64,000 nt of DNA, from contig NC_043019.1 in NCBI RefSeq assembly GCF_006345805.1, positions 30,255,360-30,319,359 of the forward strand. Reading direction: 5' to 3'. Position 1 is the stretch's first letter, and each line of letters begins with the position of its first letter. The notes beneath the pieces were generated by a model. That model did no database searches. It had not been told where the DNA came from and saw nothing but the letters and a program-made list of their open reading frames with translations. Positions 10,901-24,800 of this stretch are shown here, piece by piece. This stretch comes from Octopus sinensis. Lineage: Eukaryota. A program made the position numbers and the translations under genes.

Positions 10901-13900
10901 GAATTGTGCCTTGGAGGGTAACTTTCTAGGTGCAAACTCATGGTCATTCATCACCGAAAGGAATTTTTACCCTTTATATAAATATCATCATCATCATCAT
11001 CATTTAACATTCCCTTTCCATGCTAGCATGGGTTGGACGATTTGATCGAGGACTGGCGAACCAGATGATTGCACCAGGCTCCAATCTGATCTGGCAGATT
11101 ATGTACAGCTGGATGCCCTTACTAATGCCAACCACTCTGAGAGTGTAGTGGGTGCTTTTACATACCACCGGCACGAGGGCCATTCTGGCGGTACTGAAAT
11201 AAACACACACGTGTGTGTGTGTTTGTGTCTCCATGTTTTGACACCGTATGACAGTTTTAAAAATGGTTGTCACTGTCATACATTTCCAATATTCTCAAAG
11301 AATATTAGGAAACATTACTTTGGCTATTAGGAAGCATTATTTTGTTTGAAGACAGTTGAGAGTTGGTGGCAGGAAGGGCATCTGGCCATAGAAGATATGC
11401 CTCCATAAACTCTGTCTGACCCATGAGAATATGGAAAAGTGGATATCAAAAAAAATAATGACGATGATGTAAAGATGCAACCATATTTTTCAATTCTGGA
11501 TCCTTTTGTGACTAAATCCTATCTCAGTATGGAGGTTAAAGATGGTTGCTTCAAAAGATTCTCTTGCTGAGCCATCTCTGTCACACACACACACACACAC
11601 ACATTGGTGGCGGCGGTGGGATATAACGGGGGTGGGGAGGTCGTCGATAAGTAATTTCTACAAATTTCCTGGCAATGAACAAAATAATAACAGGAAATGT
11701 TAAAGCAGAGATGGGGGAGGGAAGTAGCAAGAGAGAGAGAGACACACACACACGGAGAAGGAAGTAGAGAGAGAGAGAGAGAGATACAGAGAAATGAAGC
11801 AGCAATGACATTTTCCATGACAAATCAGATTTGGAAAGTTGCTAAAAGACTGCTGGAAGGAGTAGGGACGGGGGGAGCGTTGTATAAGGTCAACACCAGT
11901 GATTTGGTTAACAACTTTTAGATGTTGAAAACTATTAAGAGACAAGGAAAGGATTATACACACAAGATGATTGACTTAAGATTATTATATAAATAAGACA
12001 AAGAGATATTCACTAAATTTATTATTAATTTCCTGCTTATCAATTAAGGTATTTAACTCAAATACAATATAATCTCAAATGTAATGCAACCCGAAAAATT
12101 TTGTACCTAAAAGTCAGTAATAATATATTTTATCTTACATAATAAAAGCCCCGAGTACATCGTCATAACTTAACATCTACTTTTCCATGCCTGCATGGGT
12201 CAGAGGGAACTCGTTGAAGCGGATTTTTCTATATGGCTTAATGCCCTTCCTGTTACTAACCCTCAACTGCTTCCAAGAAAGGTAATATTTTCTCCATTGC
12301 TAGACATGTTTTCTATGGAAGACTGGAAATGAAATAAAAATTCATCACTTGTATGACAATGATATCTATTTACAACCACCATGAAATGGTATAGACAAAG
12401 TACACATACATGCACACACACACACAAACAAACACACATATGCAACAGGTTTATTTCAGTTTTTTGTCTGTCAAAGCTTTGTGAGTGAATTTGGTTGGCC
12501 CAGGGCTACAGTAGAAGATACTTGCCCAAGGTGCCTCACTATGGGACTGAACCCAAGACCACATCGCTGGGAAGCAAACTTCTTAACCACACAGCCACAT
12601 CTGTTTCAATAGAAACCTTTAAAACAAAATGAAACACCTTTGGTTTGTTTTAGCTATCACAACTAAGACAATACTGGAACATCTTAAGAATAAACTTCGG
12701 GTGAGCTTGCCACCACAGAACCAAATCTCTTAACCTTTCTGATACCAACCCATTCACGACTACCCCCACATTCTATAAAAACTGCCTGTTTTAAAATTAC
12801 CTAAATTAAAAACTTCAATCAAAATGTCACATAAGTTTATGTTCCAATCACCAATCATGTAAATGACAGGTATTTTATTAAATTCTTCATTATTTTCAAA
12901 ATTAATTGAAATAAAGATATTGTATTTGTAATATGGTAACAAGAGGCCTAAAGCACAGCCTATTGTCTTTAAAGGCAGGATCCATTAGACATTCTACTTC
13001 TAGATACATTATGTATCTAGAACAGCAATGGCCAATGTCTCCTATCTGCATGTATATATACCTCATCATCATTATGATCCAGTGTTTTAAATTCAGGTTT
13101 TTGTCCCCATCAATGGGGGTGGCCAGATCTACCTCAGTGCCATAGCAACCGCAATCACACCAATTTCAAAACAAGGAGACACAACACATACACATTCTTG
13201 CATACAACAGATTTTGTCTTCGGATGTGGTTACCAATGGTTACATACTACTGATAAAGCTCAAAGAGGCAAACATGTGCATCTAGCAGTTACCCCACCAC
13301 AGCGGAGTGATTTTTGCCTGTCAATAATATATTACATCCATAAGAAATATCACAGTTAATTTGTCTTTTTGTGATGGATTTGCATTAAGTATGATACATA
13401 GATGGCTTTTTTAATCTAATACTACTTCTGTTGCACATAACAGACATATATATATATATATCGTTATATCAACCAGACTATCAGATGTTGCTATACACCA
13501 CTGGTCACAATGCACTTCCTCACATTGTTGTAGCTTTTGAATGAAGCCATCGTTCTTCCTGATTGAAATGCAGTCCATTGCAGGGTCACCCATTTACAGC
13601 TGACTGGACTGGAGCAACACAAGTGTTTTGAGCAAGAATGCAATGCGCTGCCAATCTGGGGATTGAACCCATGACCTTGTGATCACGAGTGCAACACCTT
13701 AACCACTTGGGTATATATTTTGATATTTTACCATTATCATCATAGCAGAAGTTGTGCTGCCTTTACAGCAGCTCATGACTTGTATGTTTTTATCATCTAC
13801 CATGAATGGCGAGAGGAGAAGTGAGAGGAAAAGAGAAAGAAAGTGAGAGAGGGGTTGTTTCTGACAAACGTCTCATCTAGTCTAAGTTGTCTCTTTTTGC

Positions 13901-16900
13901 TTCTTCCTTTTTTTTTTTATGGGGGGTGGTTTTTACAGCTGGATGCCCTTTCTGCCTCTTTTATAGTGTTGACAGGCTGTGCACATGTGTCTAGTTACAC
14001 ATGCTGTTTGCCCCATAGAATTCAAAAATACAGAAAGAAACAGGGATTAAACAAAATGTAAAGCATACAACAGCCTAGTTTCTTAAACTATGGTTCATGA
14101 CCGCCTGGAGATTGTGCAAACAGAACTTGCCAGGAGAATGCTAAAATTTGTTTGCTTTACCTAGAGTTTTTCACCTATGTACCACACTCTGTCGGTTAAA
14201 ATGACGAGTGTCTGATCTGATCAACAGAGCAGCCTGCTTGTGAAATTAATGTGCAAGTGGCTGAGCACTCCACAAGCATGCAAATAATTCAATGTGACCC
14301 AGAATGTGACAAGGCTGGCTCTCTGAGATTCAGGCACAACTCATTTTTCTCAGCTGAGTGGAGTGGAGCAACATGAAGTAAAGTGTCATACTCAAGGACA
14401 CAACTTGCAGGAGGGAACTGAACTAAAGCCTTTAATCTTGAGCCAGCTGTTAAACTGACTGATATTATAAGTGTGGCTCGACTATTGGTGTGACTAAGAT
14501 GTTCAAATAACAGTGCCAAGACGACTGGCTGTAGTTCATTTTCCTCAAAGAGGAATTAAATTCCTTTAAGGAGATTGGTCTGGAATAGAATAGCTGTGTT
14601 GATGTACATACTGATAGGACCAGAGTATTGATAGAAAAATTGTGGGATTTCAAGCTAAAGTTAAATCTGAAATATTAATTAATCTGTGCATGATTCATCA
14701 AGAGGCATTAAGCAGCTTAAGAAAATCCCCCAAAGAATTCTACAGAGCTGAGTATAGTAATTTAAAATGTAATTAAAATTATCAACTTCATTAAAAATGA
14801 ATGAGTGTTCGTTTTGCAAATCTATGCTCAGGATATGAGTTCTGAGTTCAGCAAATTTTACAGATGGGATGAGCTTTAAGATGGCGAGCAGATTTAAACA
14901 AAGATATTTACATCAGAATCCAAATCTTGCAAAATTCCTTCAAAATAGGAACTGGCTCCACAAATTATGCTGTTTGCCAGACATATTTGAGAAGCTTAAC
15001 AAACTTTATGTCTGCAAAGGGAGAACATATTCAATTTCAAAGGTAAAATTGAAACATTCATAAACAAAATAAATATCGGTAAAAAAACAGAAGAGAAATT
15101 AATGTCCAATTATTACTATTCTCTTGCCTTTAGATAGAACATTTGATTGATCAATCAATCTGTGTGTGTACAAGGGGGTGCTGAAAAGTTCTTTCAATTT
15201 GGGTAAAAAAGATAACTGCAAGATCAGTTAATTATGACTTTACTCAACTTATTCCCCTCTCAGATTCACACACTTATTGCAGCGGTCCTTCAATTTTTCT
15301 AAGCCCTGAAAAGAAATTGGAAGGTTGGGCCTCTAACCAGGCCTTTCACAATACCCTTAAAGCCAGGAACTTTTCGGCATCACCTCATACACACACATGA
15401 CAGGCTTCTTTCAATTTCCACCAACCAAATCCACTTCAAGGTTTTTTTTGACCCTGGGCTATAGCATAAGACGCTTGCCCAAGGTGGCATGCAGTGGGAC
15501 TGAACCCAAAACCATGTGGTTTGGCAGCACGCATTTTAACAACAGAGCCACACCTACGCCTATATTTACTGAATCAGTTTTGTGCTATAAAGTTACCTGG
15601 GAAAAAAATTGCGTCATTATTTGATTTTTTTTCTTACAACTAATTTATACACTTGTAACAAATTATGTCAATTAATATGTACCACTGAGACACAGCTCAC
15701 TGCATTTATATAATATATTTCCAGATCAAACATTCAATATCATTACTGTAAACATACAAATCCCATTAACATGATTCACAAAATACACTTCCTTCTCCTA
15801 GACTCTTAATATACATTTGAACACAAGATATTTGGTACCATGTGTTACTATACAAAACACACTAGGAAACACGAAATTAACAGTTCATTATATTGAATTT
15901 ACACAAACGAGTATTGATAACTGAATATAGTAACATCCTGTTTGTAAATGGTTGATTGCGCCATCAACAAAGGGGTTTTTTAACAATATAAAGAGCAGAC
16001 ATTCTTGTCATTCTTTGGTATAAACTGAGCAGAGAATAAAAACTAAACAAGAACAAAACAAACATCGTCCATCTAACTCTAATTCTGTTTTCCTGCGATG
16101 CTAATATTTTAGAGAAATTTTCTTACATGAATAGTTTAAATTGTTTTTGTTTTTTTTTACATACCTTTTATTGGAGACCTATTGAGTCAAGTACATCAAC
16201 ATCAAAATGAAAATCAAATGGAATTGTAGTTGTGATACCCGTGCCGGTGGCATGTAAAAAGTGCCAACCGATCGTGGCCCCTGTGCCAGTGGCACGTAAA
16301 AAGCACCCATTACACTCGTGGAGTGGTTGGCGTTAGGAAAGGCATCCAGCTGTAGAAACACTGCCAGATCAGACTGGAGCCTGGTGCAGCCTCCTGGCTT
16401 CTCAGACCCCGGTCGAACCACCCGACCCGTGTTAGCATGGAAAACGGACATTAAACGATGATGATGATATATATATATATATATATATATATAGATAGAT
16501 AGATTGATGAAATGCTCTAATAAACAAAACAAACGGTATTCTTTGTGAAAATTCTGCAATCTCAAATAATCTGTGTATGATCCTCACGCAGGTAACGACC
16601 CACATACAGCTTAAGAAATGAAGATGCAGACTTTAGAAATGAATTGCAGGAAGAAATATGTAGACTACAGGGAGTGTATAAAAATAAAAAGGACAAAGAT
16701 AAAATAATATTTTATATGGAGTAGCAATTCCGAAGGGAACACATTTGCATTCTAAAGGTTAGAAAAATGAATATGAATATATATATATATATATATATAT
16801 ACATACACACACACACATTCATATACACACATGTATAAATATGTATTAGCTTATTTATATGAATATTTATTAAGTTACATGAGATTTAGTATATATACAT

Positions 16901-18230
16901 AGGGTTTTGTAGAATTATATGTATGTATGGGTGTGTATGTATATATATATATATATATATGTATGTTTGTATGTATGTATATTTGACAAGAAAAAAAAGA
17001 AAAACCGTTCCAGATAAAATGCTATGCTTAAACTGTCAAGAAACACTGTGATTATAAAAAGTCAATGACAAAACATGTAACAGAATTTTCAAAAAAAAAA
17101 AAAAATTACAAAAACTCAATTGACCAGTTTTTCATTATATAATTTCAGTTTAGTATAATTAGAGAAAGTAAATGAGTTCTACGTTGAAAAGAACATTTAA
17201 GGGTGGTGGCTTGGTCGACAAATTCTCTTATGGTATTTGTCCAAGCCTTTTTATATGCTGTTTTCAAATATCACCGAGGTGAACTTACACCTGTTATCCT
17301 TTTGGATTTGATAAAATAAAGTACCAATGAATTACTGAGTCGAAATTTAATCTATTAAGGCCCTCTCTGCAAATTTGTGGCCCCTGTGCCTATGTTAGGC
17401 TCTATTATTGAATACAAATTACAGGGCATTCGTTATTTTACTAGAAAAATGTTTTGAAAAAAAACAAATCCTAAGAAATCCCTAAAACTTTAACCAAGGT
17501 AGTTTTTCGCTTTTAATCTTCTATTTGCTCTTTCAGTAAAAGATTTTTATTTTTGTCAAGACTTACTCAGAAGAACTGGCCATGCTGGGGCACTGCCATT
17601 AAAAAGAATGCAAAAAAGTCTTGTTTGTGTTGGTTAGAAATCAAATCTGGGCTTCCCATGTGGTGGGGCTGCTAAATATACATATATATATGTATGTAAC
17701 TATATACACACACACACACATATATATATACATATATATATGTGTGTGTGTGTGTGAGAGATTATACGTATATATGCATAACTATATGTACATGCATATG
17801 CTTAACTACATATACATATATATTCTTTTATTTGTTTCAGTCATTTGATTGTGGCCATGTTGGAGCACCGCCTTTAGTCGAACAAATCGATCCCAGGACT
17901 TATTTTATCAGTCTCTTTTGCCGAACTACTAAGTTACGGGGGTGTAAACACATCAACATCGGTTGTCAAGCGATAGTGGGGAGACAAACACAGACAGACA
18001 GACATACACACACACACACACACATGTATATGACGGTCTTCTTTCAGTTTCTCTCTACCAAATCCACTCACAAAGCTTTGGTTTGGCCTGAGGCTATAGT
18101 AGAAGACACTTGCCCAAGGTGCTACACAGTGGGACTGAACCTGGGACCATGTGGTTGGTAAGCAAGCTACTTACCACACAGCCACTCCTGTATGACTATA
18201 TATACACACATATATATATATGTGTGTAAC

Positions 18231-18274
<44 letters not shown>

Positions 18275-21252
18275 TATATATTTGCAACAATACAAATATA
18301 AGTTTGATTCAGTGTCACACAACTTAAAGTTTTACATGTTGTCAAACAAAGCTATACAGCTTATGAGAAACATAACACATAGAAAAGATATCGCAACATT
18401 GGTCATGCACACAAACACACATTTACAATTCATGTTTTTTTTCCAAATCACCATCATCACCCTTAATAAATGTCTACTAACCTTTATAGGTCAAGTTACA
18501 TCCAATTTGACCATAGAGTGAGAAAACAGGAGATAAAAGCAGAAAAACAAACCTTTCCTCAGACAAAAAGGATCAAAAGTGAAGGGGGGAAAAAAATGTT
18601 TCAAAGTGGTGCTTGCTCTAAAAATAATCCAACAGTTGTGCTACTGGTAGTAGAGTGGCAATCATCAGTGGTGTTTTTATTGTTGTAGTTGTTGAAAGAG
18701 TGGCAGGAAGGGAAGCTGTATTGCACGAATGAATAATATATGTATGTGTGTGTGTGTGCAAAATGTTTCAAAATGTGGGTTTTTTTTTTTAAAGGAGGAA
18801 TCCAACAGATGTGTGTAATTGTAACTGCTACTGTTGTTATCTGAAGAGGAGGAGAAGGAGAGGGGAAGGAAGAGGAGCTCAGTGTGTGGTGTGTGTGTGT
18901 GTTGATGTCAGTGTAAGGCCCCTTAGCTTATTGTTGTCTCAGTGATTGTGGACCAAGCCCACAGAAATATGAATCATTCCTGAAACTGTCAAGACAAAAA
19001 CATTCATCACAGACTTTGTTGTGTGTGTGTGTGTGTGTGTGTGTTGGTGTTTGGTTTTAACTTGTTTAACAGATTACTTGGGGGTGGAGGGTAAAACAGA
19101 GAGAGAGAGAGAGAGCTTGCTAGATAGATAGATAGATAAATAGAGAGAAAGAAATAAGGGGTAACAAACTAGCTTTTTTTTTTTACTCCCACCCTCCTTC
19201 TGGTCTGAAGGCAATGAGGAAAGTAGGGTTAGTGAGGGTTGGAAAGGAGGAGCCAATGAAGAATGGTGGTGGTGGTGGGGAATGTTGATGTAGGGAGAAG
19301 AATGGTGGTGGTCTGCTGTTTGTGTATATGTTGTAGTAGTGTGTGTGTGTGTGTGTGAGAAACAGATAAGCAATCACCTCTTCCTTCATTCACCACTCTA
19401 TCCTTGCCACATCTGTAGACAGAAGAGAAACCATATTAATGGTTGCTATCAGTTCACCACCCTCACACCACCACTGCAGTCACCACCTCCCCCAGTGCCG
19501 ACACCGCCGCCACCACCACCACTTTTAACACAACTTGGCTGACTGACTGACTGACTGACCCAGACAAAACTGACAAACATCCTAGCATCACCAGCATCCT
19601 AACTACAACCACCACCACCACCACCACCACCACCACTAAAATAACAATCAACCACAGCCACAACCACCATTACACCACACTCGCAACCACCTTACTCACC
19701 ACCACCACCATCACATTAACAATCAACCAACAATCTCACCACCACTACCCTGATCCCAGTGAACCACAACCACTACAAGTAGTGGGTTGCTTAATCTGCT
19801 AGAAATAGCAGCTAATTTACCCACAAATAATACATTACCATTTAAAGAAAAAGGGGACACATTTCTTAATGTAATTCTTGCAAGATGGTCATGTCTAGAA
19901 CACCTTTGATTTTAGGCCTACTCAAAGAAAGTGGATCTGAGATTGAACATCAATAATCACCACATATTGGCGAGGGAACCTCTATGTGGTCATTTGGTTT
20001 GCTAGAAATAGCAACAAATTTTTGTTTCTCAAACCCCTCTTTCTAAATGTAATGCTTATTCATTCACATCGTTTTGCATTAATCCTGAATTAACCTTGTA
20101 GCCACAAGATTTTGATGAAGTGATTGTTCGATTTTAAAATGACATTGTAGGCTAGGTGTGAGAGGCTGGATCCAGTTGGTTTGAACATAGAACAGGCAGA
20201 ATATTTTGGCTAGATATGGCCAGTTTAAATGCTAAAGGATTAACATACTCTATAGACCAGGAGTGGGACCCCCCACTCAAACGCGGACGCAATTACGCCC
20301 GTGAGCCCATTCTATTGTGCCTGACACGTAAAAGCACCCGGTACACTCTGTAAAGTATTTGGCATTAGGAAGGGCATCCGGCCATAGAAACCATGCCAAA
20401 ACAGGCATGGAGCCTGGGGCAGATCTTCAGCTGGTCAGTTTCTGTCAAACCGGCCAACCCATGCCAACATGGTAAACAGATGTTAAAAGATTATGGGTTG
20501 GATAGTAAAGTTTGAGGATATATGTTGCAAGGAGTGTGGAGAGTGTAAAGACATTATTTCACTCTTGTGAAAGGTAGGAGAGTCCAGTTTGCTGGACATT
20601 GTTGCAGAGCTGAAAAAGAAGTAATTTCTACTCTTCTCCTCTGGAAGCCATCTACTCGCAATACCAGAGGGCGCACACTCTCCTACCCTGATGTAATCTC
20701 CAGGGATACAGGCATCCAGCAACAGGACCTCCGTAATGCTATGATGGACCGTGAAGTCTGGCGTAACATAGTAAATTCCATTGTCTCGACCACGGTCGAA
20801 CAATAATAATAATAATAATAATAATAAATAGATGTAAGAACCTAGTGAGGCTGACCTTCTTCTAAGACTAAGCGAAAGAGACAAGATTTGCAGAAGAAAG
20901 AGACTGCAAATGTTAAAGAAGGATGAGGTTTCCTCTCCTCTCTCATAACATGCTGGAGAAGAAGTTGTTATCTCTGAAATGAGGGGCAGCTTCTTGGGGG
21001 GGAGGAGTGAAACAGCTACTTTGGGAAGTGGGAGGGGAGCTTCTTGAGGGGTGGGACAGCAGAAAACTGTAAATTAGGAGGGAGTGAAAATATGTTTGAC
21101 TTTTATGATGGAGCAGCGAGAGATGCAGAAGGGTGGAGGTGATGGTGTGATGGTGGATTATCAAGTCAATGTGTCATATCTCTTGCTTTTTGGTAGAGCG
21201 GACAGGGAAGAGGGAACATGAACCACATTAGCACCAGAAGAAATGCACCATA

Positions 21253-21296
<44 letters not shown>

Positions 21297-21574
21297 CATA
21301 TATAATATATATATATATACATATACATACATATACATACATACATATACATACATACATATATATACATATACATACATACATATATATACATATACAT
21401 ACATACATATATATACATATACATACATACATATATACATATACATACATATATATACATACATACATATATATACATATACATACATACATATATATAC
21501 ATATACATACATACATATATATACATATACATACATACATATATATACATATACATACATACATATATATACAT

Positions 21575-21609
<35 letters not shown>

Positions 21610-21808
21610 CATACATATATATGTATATATATACATACATATATATATATATACATACATATATATATATATATACATACATATATATATATATATACAT
21701 ACATACATATATATATATATATACATACATATATATATATATACATACATATACATACATATACATACATATACATACATATACATACATATATATATAT
21801 ATACATAC

Positions 21809-21841
<33 letters not shown>

Positions 21842-24800
21842 CATATATATATACATACATATACATACATATATATACATATATATATACATACATATAC
21901 ATACATATATATATATATATATATACATACATATACATACATATATATACATATATATACATACATATACATACATACATATATATACATATATATATAT
22001 ACATACATACATATATATACTACATATATACATACATACATACATATACATATATACATACATATACATACATATACATATATACATATATATACATACA
22101 TATATATATACACACATACATATACATATATATATATACACACACACAAACAAATAAACACATATACATATACACAAACACATATGCACACACACACTGT
22201 AAAGTCTTAATGAATGTACACATACTGATACACACACATACACACAAACAGACAAACACAATTGAAGCAGTGTAGTAGGCTGGATGGAAAGTAGTTTGGT
22301 GTTGAGTGATGTTAAAGAAACATCAATTTAAAAGGGTTGGTTAAGTTAGTAGGTAGTACATAAAAAGAACATATGCTTGATTCTCAGAGAACACTCAAAG
22401 ACTGTATGAATAACTTACTACAGACTCTATTATATATTGTTGTTGCTGCTGAGGCCCCCAGGCCATCCATGTTCAAAGAGGCCTACAACCAAAAAAATTC
22501 CAGCAGCGAGCATCCTGTCTTTTTTTTGGCATGTCTAGAATTACATTGTCAAATGTGTTTCCTATTTGTGCATAATATATATATATATATATATATATCT
22601 TTTACTTGTTTCAGTCATTTGACTGCGGCCATGCTGGAGCACCGCCTTTAGTCGAGCAGATCGACCCCAGGACTTATTCTTTTGTAAGCCCAGTACTTAT
22701 TCTATCGGTCTCTTTTGCCGAACTGCTAAGTGACGGGGACGTAAACACACCAGCATCGGTTGTCAAGCAATGCTAGGGGGACAAACACAGACACACAAAC
22801 ATACACGCACATACATATATATATACATATATACGACGGGCTTCTTTCAGTTTCCGTCTACCAAATCCACTCACAAAGCTTTGGTTGGCCCGAGGCTATA
22901 GTAGAAGACACTTGCCCAAGGTGCCACGCAGTGGGACTGAACCCGGAACCATGTGGTTGGTAAACAAGCTACTTACCACACAGCTACTCATACATATATT
23001 TTAAATGGTAGAGTGTTAGCTGCATTTTCTAGCAAGTCAAATGACCACACAAATGCTTCCTTGTTGGGAGTATTAAAGAATTAGCTTCATTCACAAAACA
23101 CACTTTCTCACTAATAGAAATAACCACATACACACAAACACAAAGCTCAACAGAGACCCATGATGGAGTACATCATCATCATTCAACGTCCGTTTTCCAT
23201 GCTGGCATGGGTTGGATGGTTTGAGAGGAGCTATAAGCCAGAAGACTGCACCAGGCTCCAGTTGTCTGTTTTGGCATGATTTCTACAGCTGGATGCCATT
23301 CCTCATGCCAACCACTTTACAGAGTGTACTGGGTGCTTTTTATGTGGCACTAGCATGGGTGGGTTTTTTTTATGTGACATTGGCATGGGTAATACCAGCA
23401 TGGGTGTGACACCAAGACTATAAGTGCCTGAATACCAATTAGTGGAAAGGCTCTTCTCTGAATGCAGACTAGGATGTCTGTGTGCATGGCTTAATGGTTA
23501 GGGTGTTCAGCTCGTGATTGTAAGGTCATGAGTTCAATTCCTGGTAGGGCATTGCGTTCTTGAGCAAGACACTTTATTTCACATTACTCCAGTCCACTCA
23601 ATGAGTTGTACCTGTTATTCAAAGGCCCATCCTTGTCACATTCTGTGTCATACTGAATTTTTTTGGGAAATACATGAAGCACATGTACATCTGTGGAGTG
23701 CTCAGCCACATACAGTTTAGTTTCATGTGCAGGCTATTCCATTGATCAAACCAACTGGAACCCTCATTGGTCTTAACCAACAGGGTGCCATCAGATGGGA
23801 GGCTAAAGCTACGAAAGATGAAAAAATGAAAGGAGCTCATAGGCAGGAAGTTTGGGGAGGAGATTAGCATGTCCGGTTGCAAATCTCCTGACAAAGGCTT
23901 GGCTGTTGTCTAGGGCAACAATAATGTTTTTACAGGACTTCTCTAATAGGATAGCTCACTGATGTGTGACATAAGGGAGCAGACACTAGTGGATGCCATA
24001 CTTGTGGTTACTGAGGAGAGAAAGAGATCCAAGTGTTGCAGATGGTCACTTTTAATACTTGTTCCATTACCTTTCATATCAAACAACTTTTTCCACCCAA
24101 AGGGATTTTTGACCCAATATTTACAGGCTATTACTTATAGCTTTATCTACTTCAAGATTCACCATTCAAAATAGATGTCTATATATATAAAGACACACAC
24201 ACACATATATGATTATGCAAGCAGGAAAAATAGAACTCAAAATAATATGTATATTTTTATTAATAATTAATAGAAGCATCACAATGACTCAAAGGCCAAG
24301 AGTTTCTGCTAAATATAAATAAATATACTTGTGTATATAATATGTGTGTGTGTGTGTGTATGCATGTAAACCCCACAAAAGTTTCTAAATACCCTGACCC
24401 TAATTAGTCTCTATTATAAAAAAATATCTACAGTTTGTATAAAGGGAGAGGGAGGCAAATGTAAAAAAAAAAAAAAATGAGCGGGGGTGGGCTGATTCAG
24501 AAACGTAATTTTTCTGTAAGAAACACATATAAAAAAAAATATAAATAATTGAAGGAAAAAACAAAAACAAAACAAACTCATCCTTTTCTTTTCCATTGAG
24601 GTGTGGAACTTCAAAGACAGTTATACCCAAACTCCGCCGAAATAAGTACACAAATATCAATGTTAGGGACTAGTAGTTAAGGCATCAGTCTCCAATGTTT
24701 TACGCATTACAAACTGGTGATATCACACACATAACAAAACATAATAAAGTGCATAATATATAATTTAATTATACACACACACGCAATACATATAATAATG

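Noticed and set aside
18475-18495. Perfect TACTAAC followed by ctttatag on the plus strand
   Set aside because: The branch-to-AG distance is only ~9 nt and no plus-strand exon chain supports it.
21161-22275. Long ORFs of 178-366 aa on both strands
   Set aside because: They are translations of (TA/CA/TG)n repeats (YI/HT/CV runs), which lack stops for compositional reasons. The same applies to 1272-1516, 53572-54104 and 63287-63715.
22760-22963. Recurring short ORFs such as ...[33 protein letters not shown] (also 27329, 34901, 45455, 48000)
   Set aside because: These are antisense reads through dispersed SINE A copies, not a gene family.
24578-24596. Possible internal first exon MEKKRM (phase 1) into the 149-nt exon
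   Set aside because: The donor TGA|gtttgt is weak and there is no other support.
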